In this document: in pieces, positions 1 through 14,900 of the stretch
How positions within the stretch are numbered: position 1 is the first letter of the stretch
How the letters are laid out: each line of letters begins with the position of its first letter
Assembly: GCF_964204645.1 (NCBI RefSeq)
Contig: NC_134031.1
Location: 9,052,001 to 9,116,000 of the forward strand
Direction of reading: 5' to 3'
Source of the DNA: Tubulanus polymorphus
Lineage: Eukaryota; Animalia; Nemertea
Length of the DNA: 64,000 nt
Notes under the pieces: generated by a model
What the model saw: only the letters and a program-made list of their open reading frames with translations
Told to the model about the DNA's origin: nothing
Databases searched by the model: none
Translations under genes and position numbers: made by a program

Positions 1-560
1 GTGATATATTGACGGGCAGCTTTTTCATTACCGATCTGATGCAAGTAGCATAAACTGTGTTTTTGGCTGATTTAATAGTAGCATATTTACCGTCATCCAC
101 TCATCAATACACAACACAGCATCACTCAAAACCTGTAACCATTTAGAGATCTCAGCAATATCAGGGCTGACCAGTTTATGTAGTTGGTCATCATCTGCAT
201 ACATATGATAAGATAGATTAATACTGATAAGATCGACCAATGGTTTCATGTACAGTATAAATAAAAGCGGACCTAAAAAAAGTGAACCTTTGTTCGTCCA
301 CAAAGATAAGATCTTATCTATTGTAAAAGCAATCCATTGTAACCAAAATCAAGATTAAGTCGTTCTAATAAAAGGTTGGGGTCACTTGTGTCAAAAGCTG
401 AACTTAAGTCCAGCTTAACAAGGAGAACTAAGTTACCATGATCAATAGCACATCTGATATCATCTGCAACCTTCAAAAGAGCTGTTTCAGTACTGTGATA
501 GGTTCTGTATGCAGATTGAAAAGGCTCAAAAAGATTTTCTATGTTCAAATGATATACAAC
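1..560 (-). pseudogene. L2/CR1-group non-LTR retrotransposon reverse transcriptase fragment
   Basis: FQSAYRTYHSTETALLKV, LDLSSAFDT, LGPLLFILY, YADD and LNQPKTQFM motifs in ORFs 318..548 and 28..303; disrupted. Confidence 0.9.
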
Positions 561-2294
561 TCTCGATACTTTGAGGAGGATAGGTGAGGAGCCCTTTGTG
601 TCAATTTCAAACTCGAATTGAGCGAAGTCCTATCAATATCAAACTGACTGCATTAAAATACCGGCTGGTTTTGGTAGATCACACCCTCTTATTGCTCTTT
701 GATTTCAGTTCGGACATCCAATTCAGGGATATGGAGTTCTTCTAACAATAGCTGGAAATCACTCTTATCATTGGGTATTGAAGCTCCTGCTCCAAATCTT
801 TGCCTTGATCAGCCACTGTTAGGACCTCGAGTGACTGTAACGGAGCAAGGATACCAATAGTCTCACCACGAGATACATAGTTGGTGGTGTCTGAAAAATT
901 GGCCAATCTTACCAGAATCGAGTTAAGACTTAGGCGTCACTAACAATTTAGCGGTACAGAATTCCTTCATTTTGCCAACCTGTATCATTCCGGGGGTTAG
1001 GTTGTTGTGGGAGTAACTATTTCTAAAGTAACCCTCAACAACTATCTCGGAACCCGCCAGGATGTATTGGGTTTTCTTCAGAAATACTCTGCACGCGCTC
1101 GCTTTCTTGGCCTGCCGCATAAGGGGTATCTCTGTCGACTGACAGAAAAACAAGGTTCCCTTACCACAGTCAATTTTCCCGCCAAATTTGGTTAAGAAGT
1201 CGTTCCCCAGGAGGCATACTTGTGTCAGGTCATCGGTAATTGCCATTGGTGTGGTGAATTGAAGGTGACCAATCTTAATTGTGACATCTGCTGCCCCCCT
1301 TAATTGACATCTCTTATCCATTTGCTGTAGTGAGTGCCCCATGGACAGGTTTCATCTTAGCGTGTTGTCCTTTCAGATGACTTGCTTCCCATACTGATGC
1401 ACGGAGCAAAGTACAAGCGGCGCCTGTGTCCAGGAGGACTGATGTTTCCGTTTTGTTGTTTATAATATCACGGCAATAGAGCCCCGTGTAATGAAGCTCC
1501 ACATGTCCAATATTCACCATAGGTGGCTTCACCGTATCTGGGGGCTGAATGCAAATCTCACCATTTTTACCCGCCGTAGTAGGCAATGGTGAAAAGTTGG
1601 GAGCGTCACTTTATTCATGTTCGCGTGGCTAGGATTGGTTCATGCACTACAAAAGTTTGAACCATTTTGAGTTGACGTTGGTATAGTGCTGGAAACATTT
1701 CTAGCCTCGCTGTCTGGTCTATGGCGTCTGGCGACAGTCTTTTCGCCGGAGCAATATACTTCGGTACGTCAGCTGGGCCTACCATTTGCGCGGTGGGTAT
1801 CCCTGGTGCTCGGGAATCCCATTGGTCTGTTTCCCTGCTGACCATTGGGGCAATTCTTTGCATAGTGGCCTACATCACCACACCTGAGGCACTTTGTTTG
1901 AGGGCACTGGTTTGCCATATGACCTGGTGAATTACACTGGTAACAGGTGACTGATGCCGGGTTATGGGAGTTACGGTCAATAATACTCATTACCGTGGCG
2001 TAAATGCAAAATTGTATCGGGGCCTCCCAGCTAAAACCGGTCACAAAAACAAATACCACTCCCTGGGTTAAAACAACAATTCTCTACTGGGCTTATAATA
2101 TAGCCCTTCTCGCTTAAGTAAGTAAGCAAATAAGAAAATAAACACTGCATAGCAAAGCAATATTTAAGTAGGCCTATACCAATTCACAAGGTTGTAATCA
2201 CTACAAATTCTCGGGGTAGGCCTAACGAATTTCACATGCTCTTCTAAAAACCACTATTTCCACAACTTAATCAACGTTTTTCGTATCCCAGACA

Positions 2295-2304
2295 GCTGCC
2301 ACCA
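2295..2304 (-). promoter_or_regulatory. Primer binding site (tRNA-Leu-like)
   Basis: TGGTGGCAGC on the minus strand, complementary to the ...GCTGCCACCA 3' end of tRNA-Leu. Confidence 0.6.
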
Positions 2305-2305
2305 T

Positions 2306-2534
2306 TGAAATAGTAATAATGCCTCTGTTGTGTGTATGACAATAGAGCACAAATGAATCCTTTAAAGGAATATATCACGATAGATTGAACAGGAACAATA
2401 GATAGTAGTTGACTTGCCTCGGTTTTGTTCACACCGGAGAGAGCTTCTTCCGGTCTCCACAGTTACACTATATTTCGGTATCCGGACTCGATAACATAGA
2501 AATACGGATTCAGATGGACCCTGTCTATCACACA
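2306..2534 (-). repeat. Putative 5' LTR (TG...CA, ~229 bp) of the left Gypsy element
   Basis: Minus strand begins TGTGTG and ends TTTCA, 1 nt before the PBS; partner LTR not in window. Confidence 0.5.
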
Positions 2535-2715
2535 ATATTTTGATTTTCTATAATGATTCCCTTTGTAATGCATGGCAGAATGCAGGGCAGAAAACCCATT
2601 ATTGATGCTTTGCAGCAATGTTTTTCTTTTTTTTCTGTTATTCTGTCATTATTTGGTAATTTTCAGACAAGATTCAGCCATTACATTTTGTATAAATTGA
2701 TGTTTTTTCTTTCAG

Positions 2716-2973
2716 GCGTCTTGGCACAGATGCACCCTACACAACTCCAGCCACACTAAGTCAAGCCTCCAAGTCTGCATTCAGATCTGTCACCCAGGAA
2801 TCAATTGAATTACCTGAAAAACGAGTGCTTCCACCTCAAGTCTTGAAACAAATTGAAGTTCATGAATTCTTTGACTTAGATGATTTGCAAAAGTCTTGGA
2901 AGGATACATTTGCATCCTCAAAGTATTATGTTTGGGTTCCAAGTCCATACAAAAAGAAGAAACCCATTGATCG
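2716..2973 (+). CDS. Host gene exon ([16 protein letters not shown]...[10 protein letters not shown])
   Basis: tttcag acceptor, 258 nt open, cg|gtaggc donor; phase 2 matches exon 3549. Confidence 0.75.
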
Positions 2974-5900
2974 GTAGGCCACTCTAAGATTAATTCGCCC
3001 TTAAAAGTCCATGCAAGCGTTGCATTTAATATCCGTCCATACACACACAAATAATCTGTACCAAATTTTAGAATGTTCTTTGATTGGTCTTTTAAATCGG
3101 GCAAAGTTTGTCCAGTCTCAAATGGCCAGGCAAATTTGAAACGGACTTTTCATTAGTGTGAATGTTTGGTCAGTTCTTAATTGGAGATGGACCAAATTTA
3201 GACTGTTCTAAAATAATGTTGTGTTTATAGTTTCCTATCCCTAACTATTTAGATTCATAATACATATCTGAGTCAAGGTCAGATTGCTTCCAAATTAAAA
3301 TGTATTTGTCACCACTAATCTTGTTCAATATGCACTACCGTTGTCAAATGGTGCCAATATATCCGATAGACTACGATAGTATAGATTGTTTATTTGATGA
3401 TAATTTGACAAAGTTAGTATGATTCTTTTTTTACCTCACGATGACTTTGATATTCAGGAATTCAGCAATTTGACCACCGGCAATCGCATAAATTGATACA
3501 TATATCTCTCAGCATGATTTATTTTTCCCTCAATTTGGAATGTTTTAGATCGTTAACTGTTGAACAGATGAGTAGGGCTCCAGCTCCACTTCGAGCTTGT
3601 GATGTCACTGAAATAATGGTACCTCTGGAGATAGAAACAGAGCGAAAATCACAGGTAAATAACTTGATACATCCAAGTGGTCATCACAGTGTTATGGAAA
3701 GGTCTGTGCATTGGATTAAATCAAAAATCTTTTGTTAAGGGCAGCCTTCAAGAGTTTCCACCATCAATCAATCAAAATCATTGAATGATACTATTTCATT
3801 TCACTTCTGTACAATCTCATGCATGTTAGAACATGCTATGTTGAAACATTTAGGAGATATAGTCAAGTTTTTAATCCAGTTAAATAATATCATTAAGGTT
3901 TTCTGCTCCTCTCACAGTGTGTAATGTCTCATTAAATTTATGCCGCTTGGATGCTGCTGTAGCTTGTATATAAATACATGTACAATGGAATAACTGAAGG
4001 CTGTCTTGAACGTGTTATTTCGTTAATGCTCTGAAATTGTGGTGTGTAATCTAAATACTCCAGCTATGTAAACTGTGAAACTCCCTATATCTACTCATTC
4101 TACTCCTTTGAATAAATCAATCATTATCTACTTACAAGTTATCCAGGAATGGAGACCAACCATTCACATGTACATGTATTGTAAGTGAGTTAAATTGTGT
4201 GTTGTATTTTGTTGTAATCCCCAAAAACACCAGGAGATTCACATTATTAGGGTTTCCTACTTTATCACAAAAAAGCCTATTGTTATTATCATCAGGGTTT
4301 TCTGTTTCTTCAGAGAAAACCATATTGATATAACCGTGATTATTATTAGAACCCTATTGTATTCCTGCTGATTATTAATTTAACATATTTTCCACTCATG
4401 AAATTCATCTTCTATCAGATTCGACTACTAACAGCTTTTAAACGAAATATTAAACTCTGATAGTAATATAATGGGCGTGCTGTGCTTCCTATTTTATACT
4501 TAAAACTACTTAAAGATAACTCCGGCGTAAATAGCAATTGCCAATCACGGCACATACACCCGAATAACGGGTAAAAGGCGTATGTAGACTGTGAATCAGT
4601 ATTTAACGTATTCAGACCGAAATCTGGAAGTTTGTGACGTCATTTCATAAATAAATAAAGAAGGAAGGCTCCGAGAATCTCGAAACTGTTATACAACGCA
4701 GTTCCTTTTAAACATTCTGTGATAATATTCGTTTTGTTTGCTGATTTGTTCGCGGATATCAATACTACGGATATTCAATAGGGTTTATTTATTTATTGTA
4801 CACCTTTTTTTATATTGAATTGAATTGGTCCGGTCCATTGGGCCCTGTCGCGGCATCGGCGGTCATACTAATTAGCATCAGAAAATGTCAGCGTCGGTGT
4901 TATCTTGTTGTCGCTGATATTAAATGGTCTAAAGTCAGTTTGTACATCACATACATTACAAATTGGAGGTCCCTTGTAGTTGTACATCACATCGTGACGC
5001 AGCGGCGTTGGTGATGTCATAGAAGAAGAAAGTCAGTTGAAGATACCTACCCACTGCATCGATGAAGACTGATTGCAGCAGCAGTGACAGTAAGAGCAAG
5101 AGAGGGGAGTGATGGTACCGTTAGTGATTTTGTTTTTTTTTTAATGGTTATTGGACGTTAATTTCATATGTGAATTGTAGTCCCCATCTGATATTGTGAT
5201 TTGCCAGACCGACTTGTCACTCCCCTACTAGGCCTTCTCTCCTGCATAGTTAACTCTATAGGCCTAACTAGTGTATTGGTTATTTTACGGAGGTGCCATC
5301 TTGAATCTGTCGAGAGCCTTGGGCCAAATTTGGTTTTTGTATGCTGAAAAATGGCTTTTGCGGCCTGTCACGTGGCCCCACCTATGGAATTTTGAGATGC
5401 TAATGAATAGGTGATGACTTCATAGCAACGTTTCCGAACGTCCGCAGAGCAGTTTTTTCAGCATAACACGTGAACTATCGCTGAGTTAACTATTGCTTAT
5501 AAATGAAAACAAAAACGACTTTTAAAATATAGCTGCATAGCAGCAATAACGTGTTTCTGCCTAACTGGACGTATCGGCCCCACTCCGCCCGGTTGCGCTA
5601 CCGTGCGGGATTTACGCGAAGCAGCAAACACAAACATGGCCACTCTCTCAATTTTCAATGATAGAAATCGTGTGTACATTTCAATTATTTCGGCTGTTAG
5701 GGTTTTAAGGCACAATGTAAGTTGATGATGTGATATGGCGATATTAATTAATGATAATTCCGCAGTGAAGCTAGTCACGAATGGTGCCGATTGAGTGTAC
5801 AGCAGCCAAGAACACTGAAATGTGCGTAGTTGCATAACTATTTGCAGTGAATTGCAGACGAAACATGAAGCCTTAACGGCCGTTGAAAAAAAATTATACC

Positions 5901-8900
5901 AATGGCAATTGTAAAATAAAAATGAGATAGAACCTAAGTTAAAATTCTGGCCATTTCTAAAATTTTATTACCAATTTTTAGTCAGTGCCGAACGTTTAGT
6001 GTTCCCACAATAATGAGGGGTGTTAGGTATTCATGCAATTCAAGTCATCATTTATTACACGTTACTTCCGTGTTGTTGAAAATCTCGCGAGTCCTGGACC
6101 AAACCCCATTGAACAATGTGATCTGTGTGCTGGCCACAAATGCACACAGATCACACTACACTACCCAATACACACTCCAGTACCCACAGCTTTCATATAT
6201 CCATCCAAATATTTAGAGTGTCTTTCTTCCTGGTTTATATGTTCCACTGGGAGGCGTACAAAGATTTCATCGAAATAATTCTAATCCATCTATAACATAT
6301 GACTATTTCCAAGAAGCGCAACCTGGGTCAAAATTATGCTGGATATGTGGATCAATAAGGGCTACCACGTAAAAAGTAGTACTGATGTACCAAGTCTAGT
6401 CAAAATGGCTTTGAGGATACCGAAGATATGATCCCCTGGTGGTAGTTGCATCAACTTGAAAAAGTCTCATGACGAGGCAGGTGTGGCTGAGAAAAAGAAA
6501 TGTTTCCGGGAAAGATGTTTTGAAGACGTAATGCAAACACACTTATTGTTCAATTTTTAGCCCACTTGGGACTTAAGTCCCAGCGGGCTATTGCGTTCAC
6601 TTTTCATCCGTCGTAGCGTCCGTCCGTCCGTAGACAGAATCCAGTTATTTTGGGAAGTTTTGAAGACGCTTCAATGTAATGTCTTGATATTTGGGTTACA
6701 CATGTATATACCCTAGACACATCTTCAGCCCAAAAACTGGCCCTGTCAGAATCAAGATGGCCCACTGGCAGCCATTGTTGTTCGCCAAAATCAGCACTTT
6801 TTACACATTTTTGAATTTTTTGAGGGAAATTTTGAAGACGCTTCAATCAATTACCTTGATCTTTCGTATATATTTGAATCCCCCAAGGGCCCATCAGCAC
6901 AAGAAAAATTTTGATCGATTGGGTCGATTGGACTCAAGATGGCCGTCCTATGACCTTTTTAGTGCCAAAAAATGTCAATTTTGGCCCGAATTCTGTAGCT
7001 TCCTACTGGTTTGCCATTTCTCATTGCAATTTGTGATGGGTATTTGGAATGGGAAGTTTTATACCTGAAGTATTTTTGATCGGCCAATTATGGCGCAATT
7101 GGTGGCCATCTTGATGTCATCAGTACTCATTCGTAGGTGGGAAAAAGTTTTTATCTCGGGCGAAGCGAAGCCCGAGATGTTGTTATGGGTCCAAAAATCG
7201 AATTTTTGCTAACAAATGAGGTTATAACTTTGACACAAAGTCATGCAATCTACTATGTTTATGTCCAAAATGTAGCTTCATCATGCAGCTAAAATCTGTT
7301 GGAAATGGAATTTTGAATATCGCGTTCATTTAAGAGAAATCGACGAATTTGTGGCTATTTTTAAAGAAATTTCAAGGAGCATTTTGTTTCATAAAACGAC
7401 TAGAAGGCCGATGTACAATGCTACATTGAAGTAAAATAACTGCTCCCTGCGGTTGGCTGAGCTCCCGCTGTCAATCAATGTAAGGGCATATTCGATTGAC
7501 GCAGACAAACCGGTCTTTTAATCTTCTCATCTATTAATCTGCTCGGTTCTAGTTTCTCATTTCCCAGTCATGGGAGCGTCTTATAAGTTTATTTTTAATT
7601 TGACAGCCGTAGTATCGATTCCGTCTCCCCATATCTATTTCATTATGCAAATAACAGAAGATTCAATCGATTTGCTACTTCACGGAAGATTATGCGCGCA
7701 CAATCGAATAGGCCCAAACCTCGTGTATTGCCGCGATGATTGCTGATTAGATTTCGATGATGTTGTTCACCGAAATCAGCAGATTTTACACATCCATGAA
7801 GTGTTCAAGGAAAAGCTTACAGATGCATCAATCAGGTGGGGCCTATACATTACAAAGATAACATTCTGCGCCCGAGATATTTAGATCCGTGGATCTCTTG
7901 TTCCATATTATATTGATACCTAAGCATAATTTGTTACCACAATCAATTAGAAAGTTGTAGGCCATAACGTGTTCTAGGATTTTGGTGAGTTTCAAGGTCA
8001 TTGGTTTTTGTATATGGCCACCAGGGGGTGTTGAATAATACAATAACTTATTATTTCTATATTATATCCGTACATATGCATATTTTGTAACCACAATCAA
8101 TTGCAAAAATGTAGCTCATGACATTGTCTATGATTGTGGTGAGTTTTAAGGACATTAGTTATTCTGTGTGGTCACCAGGGGGGGTTGAATAGAAGAATAT
8201 CTTAGTATTTCCTAATTAGATTGGTACCTAGGCATATTTTGTTACCATGATCGATTGCAACGTTGTAGTTCATGACATGTTCTATTATTGTGGTGTGTTT
8301 CAAGGTCATTGGGTTTTGCATGTGGTCACCATGAGGTGTTGAATAGTAAAATAGCTTGGCATTTCCATATTAAATTGGTAATGCGGCATATTTTGCTATC
8401 ACAATCAATTAAAAAATCATAGCTGTTGACATGTTCTATGTTTGTGGTGAGTTTCAAGGTCATTGGTTATTGTATATGGTCACCAGGGGGTGTTGAAAAT
8501 TGAAATTGTTAGATTGTTAAGCATTTGAAAGCACTTCCCAAGTGGGCATGGTGTTCCTGGACCCCTAGTTTCCTATCCTTATTTAGAAATTGAAGTATTG
8601 TAATAAACAATAGATTTGGTTTGGCAGGTCATCTTGCTTATGAGTCTGTATCAAAGCATCGAAGCAAGATATTCTAACTTGTTAATGTCTCAGATGCAGC
8701 GGGGCAGGCCGGTCATTATATTGCCAACTTATCCAAATTACACTTACACAGCCTAACATTTTTCAGTGTGTAAACTCCATCGTACTTGGCATTATAGGAC
8801 AGTGAGGAATTGAATTTTAGCCACCTGGGCCCTCGGCTTGATTCTTCTTTTTTGAAGAATGCTTTCTCTGGTTTTTAGATTAAATCAATTAATTATTACT

Positions 8901-11900
8901 GAACACAGATTTTGAAATGAATGATGTGTTGATTCATCCAGGCAAAAAATTACAACAAAATCAACTGATGATTAACAAAGTGAAGTTACCATTTATCTTT
9001 GGATAATATCCTACCCCTGATAATACGAGCATTTTAGAAACATCAATGCCTGATCTACTCGCACCAATCAGTCAGCCACAGTAGATTTTCATGTTCATGC
9101 CATCTGACCTCTTTCCACCTGTAATTAAGTGTAATCAAATGTAAGAATTACTTAATGATAGATATTTTGGGAGACCAAATTAAACGTGCGTTTGTCGTGA
9201 AAATCTATTACTACTGTCTCACAGAGCATAGACACCGTTAAGTCATGTGGCATTGGTATTTCAAGGGCTATTCAGTTTGCTCCAAAACAAGTCTCTGATA
9301 AATTTTCAAGAGCTTCATATCAAAGGTATGTCGCATGACTCTTTACGCCCATGAATAATCATCCCATAATAACAATGAATTCAATTCTGCATGTATGTTA
9401 GCACAACTGATTACTGATCCATATATTGTAAACAGGGCATTAGAAAAAGAAACAACACGAAACGTCAAGTACTTACAGCATCTGAGACAGTTGCGCTTAA
9501 GTTACGACTTTGACTGCCAATGACAAAAGGCTTCATTTTATATATATAAATATATATATAATGTTTATATTACATATGTACTCATGTATTACAAAGAAAT
9601 TCCCTAGTTAACGGATTCTCATCTTAAATAACATGAACTCTGCTGTCATTGTCATCGATCCGAGTCGTCGAGTGAACGCGGAAGTAAGATTTGGTATAAA
9701 AAATTCCTACCATTTCTGTCCATATTACGTTGATTTGGGCCAGAAATCTTCAGGAAATGTGGCCAACGTAAATTCATTTATGAATAGAATTAATCAATTG
9801 ACTCATTTTAAGGATCATGGTTTCGTGATATTCATTAAGGTCATAAAACTTGCGATAAATCTTAGCCGAAAATGATTTCAACCATCCGCCATGTTTCATT
9901 AATAAGATATTTGTTGCGCACCTTGAAACTTGAACCTGAACTGGCTGTAGTTATTGCACTGGCTGTAGTTATTGTTCCGGGGAAATGACGGATCCAGACT
10001 AATTGTAAATCCGAATCCGTGATTTACGGTTGTGTCTGAAGCTCAAGGTCGTCCAGTAATTTGTAGGCTTTTCGGGATGTACATTTATCAATGGATGATG
10101 ATTCTTGCGACATTCTTATACGCTGTTTAGACCCAGTAATTACGCGGGATTAATTCATAATACATAACAATACCCAAATTCAAAATGGTCAGCAATGAGG
10201 TATATTTTCATAATTGAAAATTACGTTTATTAGCTGTTAGTAGTCAAATCTGAGAGGAGTTACATTTTATGAAAAATTTTGGCTGGAAAGTGGAAAATTT
10301 ATAATAGTAATGATAATCAACAGATATACAAGAGGGTTTCTGCGAAAGCAGCAGAAGTAGATCAATCGGTTATTTATGAATTTACGGACCAAAACTTCGC
10401 TCAGAGAGCAGGTGTGACAGACAGAGTAGGTGAATCTACTTACACATAAAATACATGTTGATTCAAATATATAATGCTATTATTGTAACCGGTACATTTC
10501 TTTACTAAGTTGAGTACCCTAACTTAAAGCATCCTCGCTTGCAGTGGTTTAATTGCCTCCTGCCGAAGCTCACACCAACACAAACCCTACCTGCAAACCT
10601 TTATTGGTTTAATTACACCGGTCTAAGATATCTTGGGTGGACAGGTTGCCACTAAGAAACCACTACATATATAGCCGATCAGATGTTTGGTACTGGTAGA
10701 ACCTGCCAGTTTAAACACAATGCATCTGATGGTCTTAAATACATAGACTGGTGGCTGCCGAGCAGCAAACTGTCCACAAAAGAAATCTTGGGAAGTGAAA
10801 TAATAGCTTATGTCAGGGTCGTAACGGCCGTACATTTTTGGCCGATCAAGATAATTTTTAATGGCAGATTTCAGATGGCCGCTGTACATTATATATAGGG
10901 CAAATCATCAAGGGCCCAAGGATGACGTAGCCCATATTATCGTCGATGACGTGCGATTTTCATCGGCACAGACGGTATTATGTGTCAATGTAGAAGCACT
11001 AAGTTCACTTGTTAGGTATTTTTTAAAAGTAACAAGCCTTGAATTAAAAGGGGTAATTAAATAGGGCTCAAAATATTCTCGTCCAGACGACTAGACTACT
11101 GTATTAATAAAATTAGTGTATTGTCTACGTTGGAATTATTTCCAATCAAGAAAGTATATATTCACACATTAGATAGATTAAACTTCGCACAAAAAAATCT
11201 TGTTGGTCCAAACAAACCAGAAAATTATGATTTTTAAATTAAAATGTCACATTTATTAATTGTATAGTTATTTTTTTTTTTTTTCTAATTAAGGCATCTA
11301 TAACTGGTCCCATGGCTGCTACACCATTTTACTACTTGCTACGGGCCTGTATGAAGCGCAGCCAGGCTTTGGTTAGCCGTACCATCAGCTTCGGCAAGAG
11401 GCAATCATGGGCAAGCAAGGATAATCTAAGACCATTGAAATTCAATAAAATTAAAAATGCCTTTATTGCTGTGTCATGCTTTTAGCCCACTTTGGACTAA
11501 TTAACGAAGTTTTAATGTATTTCATTACATTTGGGTTACATATGTATCTACCCTAGACCCAACTTCAGCCCAAAAACTGGCCCTGTCAAATTCTTGTTCA
11601 CCGAAATCAGCACTTTTTACACATTTTTCAAGTTTTCGAGGGAAATTTTGAAGACGTTTTAATCAATTATCTTGATCTTTTGTATGTATTTGTATATCCA
11701 TGGGCCCATCAGCATGAGAAAAATTGGGTCGATGGGACTCAAGATAATCGGACTAAAGATGGCCGATCTCTGAACTTCTTTGTGCCCAAAAATGTCAATT
11801 TTTGCCCGAATTCTGAGTCCTATAGCTTCTTACTAGTTTGCCATTTCTCATTGCAATTTGTGGTGGCTATTCTATAGAAAGGGATCCTTAATACCTTTCA

Positions 11901-14900
11901 AGGTCATTAGTTATTCAATATGGTCACCAGGGGGCGTTGAATAGTAGAATGACTTAGTATTTCCATATCATTTTATCATGGAAATCATAAAACTTGATAT
12001 ATATACTTGATAAACATATGTGCAATATGCCAACCGGCGCGATTAGTTCCTACATCTACGACCGTTGGATAAAGAATTGTGGTTGCAAATTTCAGAAAAT
12101 CCCATTCAATTGTATTCCACATTCAAATCAAGACCAGGGGAAAGATTGATCTGAGGTATTGTTCCCGACAGCTCTATCTGTGCTACTTATGAAAACACGA
12201 ATGTACTGTGTAAATTATTTGTATCCCCGGACTCATCCTCCCCGGCAGGGATTTGAACCTGATGGCATCGAGATTGCCACGGTACGGAACCATGCCACGC
12301 TAGACGGAGTGCGCAGCTTCATGTTAGATGATGTCATTATTAGCCAATCATTTATCCTAATTCATTTTAGCCCGGGTTTTCCCATTTATAGTTCTTGCAT
12401 GAAATTTACCTCAGCTATTATACAACAAGCGATCTGATAGGTGCAGCAGGTTTTTGTGCGGCAAAGCTCAAATGTACCTGCGCACCCGGTCTAGTGTGGC
12501 AGGGATTTGTGCTGTGGCTGAGTGTAGCGATGCCATCAGGTTCGAATCCCTGCCGAGGGAGGATGCCCCGGACTCTGAGCTGGGAGTGTATTTTGACAAA
12601 TATAACCCACAGAATGCATAATTTGCCATTTCATGAAAAGTTGACAGGCTGGCCGTAGTGCCCCTTGGGCCTCTTGTTTTATCATAGGGAATTTTACCAT
12701 CAAATTCTTTCAAATTTTTTCTGATAACTATATAAATTATGCTAATCAGATCAAGTGACGCACATGATTAGTATAACAAGAAAAGTACTTTCGAGGAAAA
12801 TACTGGTGCCTGGTGTAAAAATGGAGAGTGTAGTAATATAGGTGAATGGGACATGGAGGTTTGTGTATTCGGGGATTTTTCATGAAACTAGGGGTCCAGG
12901 GACACCATGGACACTTTGGATATGATTATAAGGCTGGTGTTTATTAAAGTAAAGCATATACCCCCAAAACGTCAGCTGTCATTAAGTAAATGTTGTATAA
13001 CTTTTCACTAGGTGAGTCAATCTACGGGTTATATACTTGCAATAATTTGTCATTATCAAATTTGCTGCCTCTAGGAATGATAGGAAAGAATCAGCTGTGT
13101 CATGTTTGCAGCACCCCTGGTTGGACCATGGCAACGCATGTGGTCTTTGTAGTAAGGTGACCATTCTATGGGCTACATGTTGTGAATACCTCTTTAATAT
13201 AAATGTAGTGGTTCAGTGTAAATCTGTCAATCAAAATTCTTAAATTGGTTCGGGTCCAACAGCTTGTAACTTGCAAACTACGCCGCGCATCAACATGGAA
13301 TTTTCAACACAGTACAAGATGCTTATTTTTTTAAAATTTAGTTCAAGTAAATCGGATGACAATTATTAAATTTATCAAGGTCATAACATTTGAAGTGGGG
13401 AAAAACAGCACTATGGCCGGTTTTGATTACGTGAAAACCCTGATCTGGGACGTTGGCCTCCTACTCCGTCAAGCCGATATACACGTGCACATGCTTATTG
13501 TCAAATGCGTATTTTAGTTATTGCAGGTAGGCCTGTACGTGATGTGTACACTGGCTGAACGTTAAATGTTTAAAACAATAATACAAATTTACTGTATATT
13601 TGCCTGCTCTCTCACTACAACACGTACACTGTCGCTGAACAGCAAGGAACTATTGCAGCATGAATACAGATTATCTAAAATCGGAACAAAAAATTTCTTC
13701 CGGAACGGTATAGACCTAAGTTAAAAATTTCCCTGTATTGGATACCAATCTTTAATCAATCTACCCCGTCTTCATTGCCTTTTATTTTATATAGTTCAAC
13801 TTGAACAAGTGACATTTTGAAATGCAGCCATTTCATATTATTGTATAATTGTATAATGTATTTCGTTCCGTACCATAGTTTGTCTGTTTACCTGTGGGAG
13901 GCGGATCACTACTTTTTGCGGATTAATAAATAGGTCTAAAAATTTAGTCTTCAAAATATTTACTGAAGATACACGAAGTTTTACATTAGAATGATCAATG
14001 TATGTATTCTAATCAATAATCAAATAAAGTCATCGGAAATATGCTCATAATATTCTAACTACTGGTTGTAAACTACAGTGCACATGTTTCGATGACGTTT
14101 TGTGTGACTGTTTAACATCTCTCATTCGTAGTGGCTTCTGAAACATTTTTATGGTTCTCATTTATGTCTCGTAACGTCTTAAGAGGGCGCCAAAAATTAA
14201 TTTTTTATCACCAAAATGTTTGGCAAATATGTTGCCTTCTTTTGGTACGGTACCCCTTTCATAACACTTAGGCCTATGGTATCTTTATACCGGGGGTTTT
14301 GATAAGATCACCAAACATCCTGATTTTCTTCTAAGTGCAATACAGTCTACAATTCTCGATAGGTTTCAATGAATCTTTGTGTTAAGATTGGTGAAAATAG
14401 AGCATTTCGGCCATTAAATATGATGATCAGAATCAAGATTGTCGACTGGTGGCCATTGTTGTTCGCCAAAATCAGCACTTTTTACACAATATTGAAGTTT
14501 TCAAGGGAAATTTTGAAGCTTCTTCCATCAATTGTCTTGATCTTTTATGTATATTTTTATCTCTGATGGGCCCATCAGCATGAGGAAAATTGGACCGATC
14601 AGACTTTAGATGGCCATCCTGTGACCTTTTTTTGTGCCCAAATAGGTCAATTTTGGCCTAAATACCGAAACATGTTGGTTCCTAATGGTTTGCCATTTTT
14701 ACTGATTGTTGAGCACAGTAATCCACTTCCCAAGTGGGGGTGGTGGCCCTGGACCCCTAGTTTTAGATTTATTTCCACAGTTCTTTCAAGATTTTTTTTG
14801 GAAATACTACAATAGTAAAAAATGATTTTTATCTTTCATTTTTTCCCTGTTTTCTTTTCATTTTAAAATGCATGTGATTGTATGTGATGGGCAAACTTAT

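Larger units (their letters stand above)
590..2534 (-). mobile_element. Decayed Ty3/Gypsy LTR retrotransposon: 5' LTR, PBS, gag zinc knuckles, aspartic protease
   Basis: Two CCHC knuckles (CYQCNSPGHMANQC, CLRCGDVGHYAKNC), protease LLDTGAA and LLGNDFL; frameshifted; most of the capsid is missing. Confidence 0.85.
6554..8571 (+). mobile_element. Non-autonomous Helentron-type element (HINE family 1), copy 1
   Basis: TTTTTAG start, sub-terminal IR CCCACTTGGGA...TCCCAAGTGGG, (TCCG)n microsatellite, four ~154-bp internal tandem units, 3' end ...GACCCCTAGTT; co-linear with 17876-19153. Confidence 0.8.

Noticed and set aside
6604-7068. ORFs of 80-125 aa repeated at 11680, 14369 and 18020
   Set aside because: Chance frames in HINE copies; frame not conserved and no protein motifs
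7985-8520. Regularly spaced repeats resembling a CRISPR array (also 18568-19090)
   Set aside because: Whole ~154-bp units are homologous with no unique spacers, there are no cas genes, and the context is a eukaryotic HINE
8628-8755. Candidate additional host exon after ttggcag
   Set aside because: No convincing donor in the phase needed to link to exon 23021
4290-10390. Diverged inverted similarity (4300-4460 vs 10210-10350) as ends of a 6-kb transposon
   Set aside because: Similarity is patchy with no definable termini or TSD
12480-12565. Possible tRNA gene
   Set aside because: B-box present but no cloverleaf could be built; it is part of a TIR
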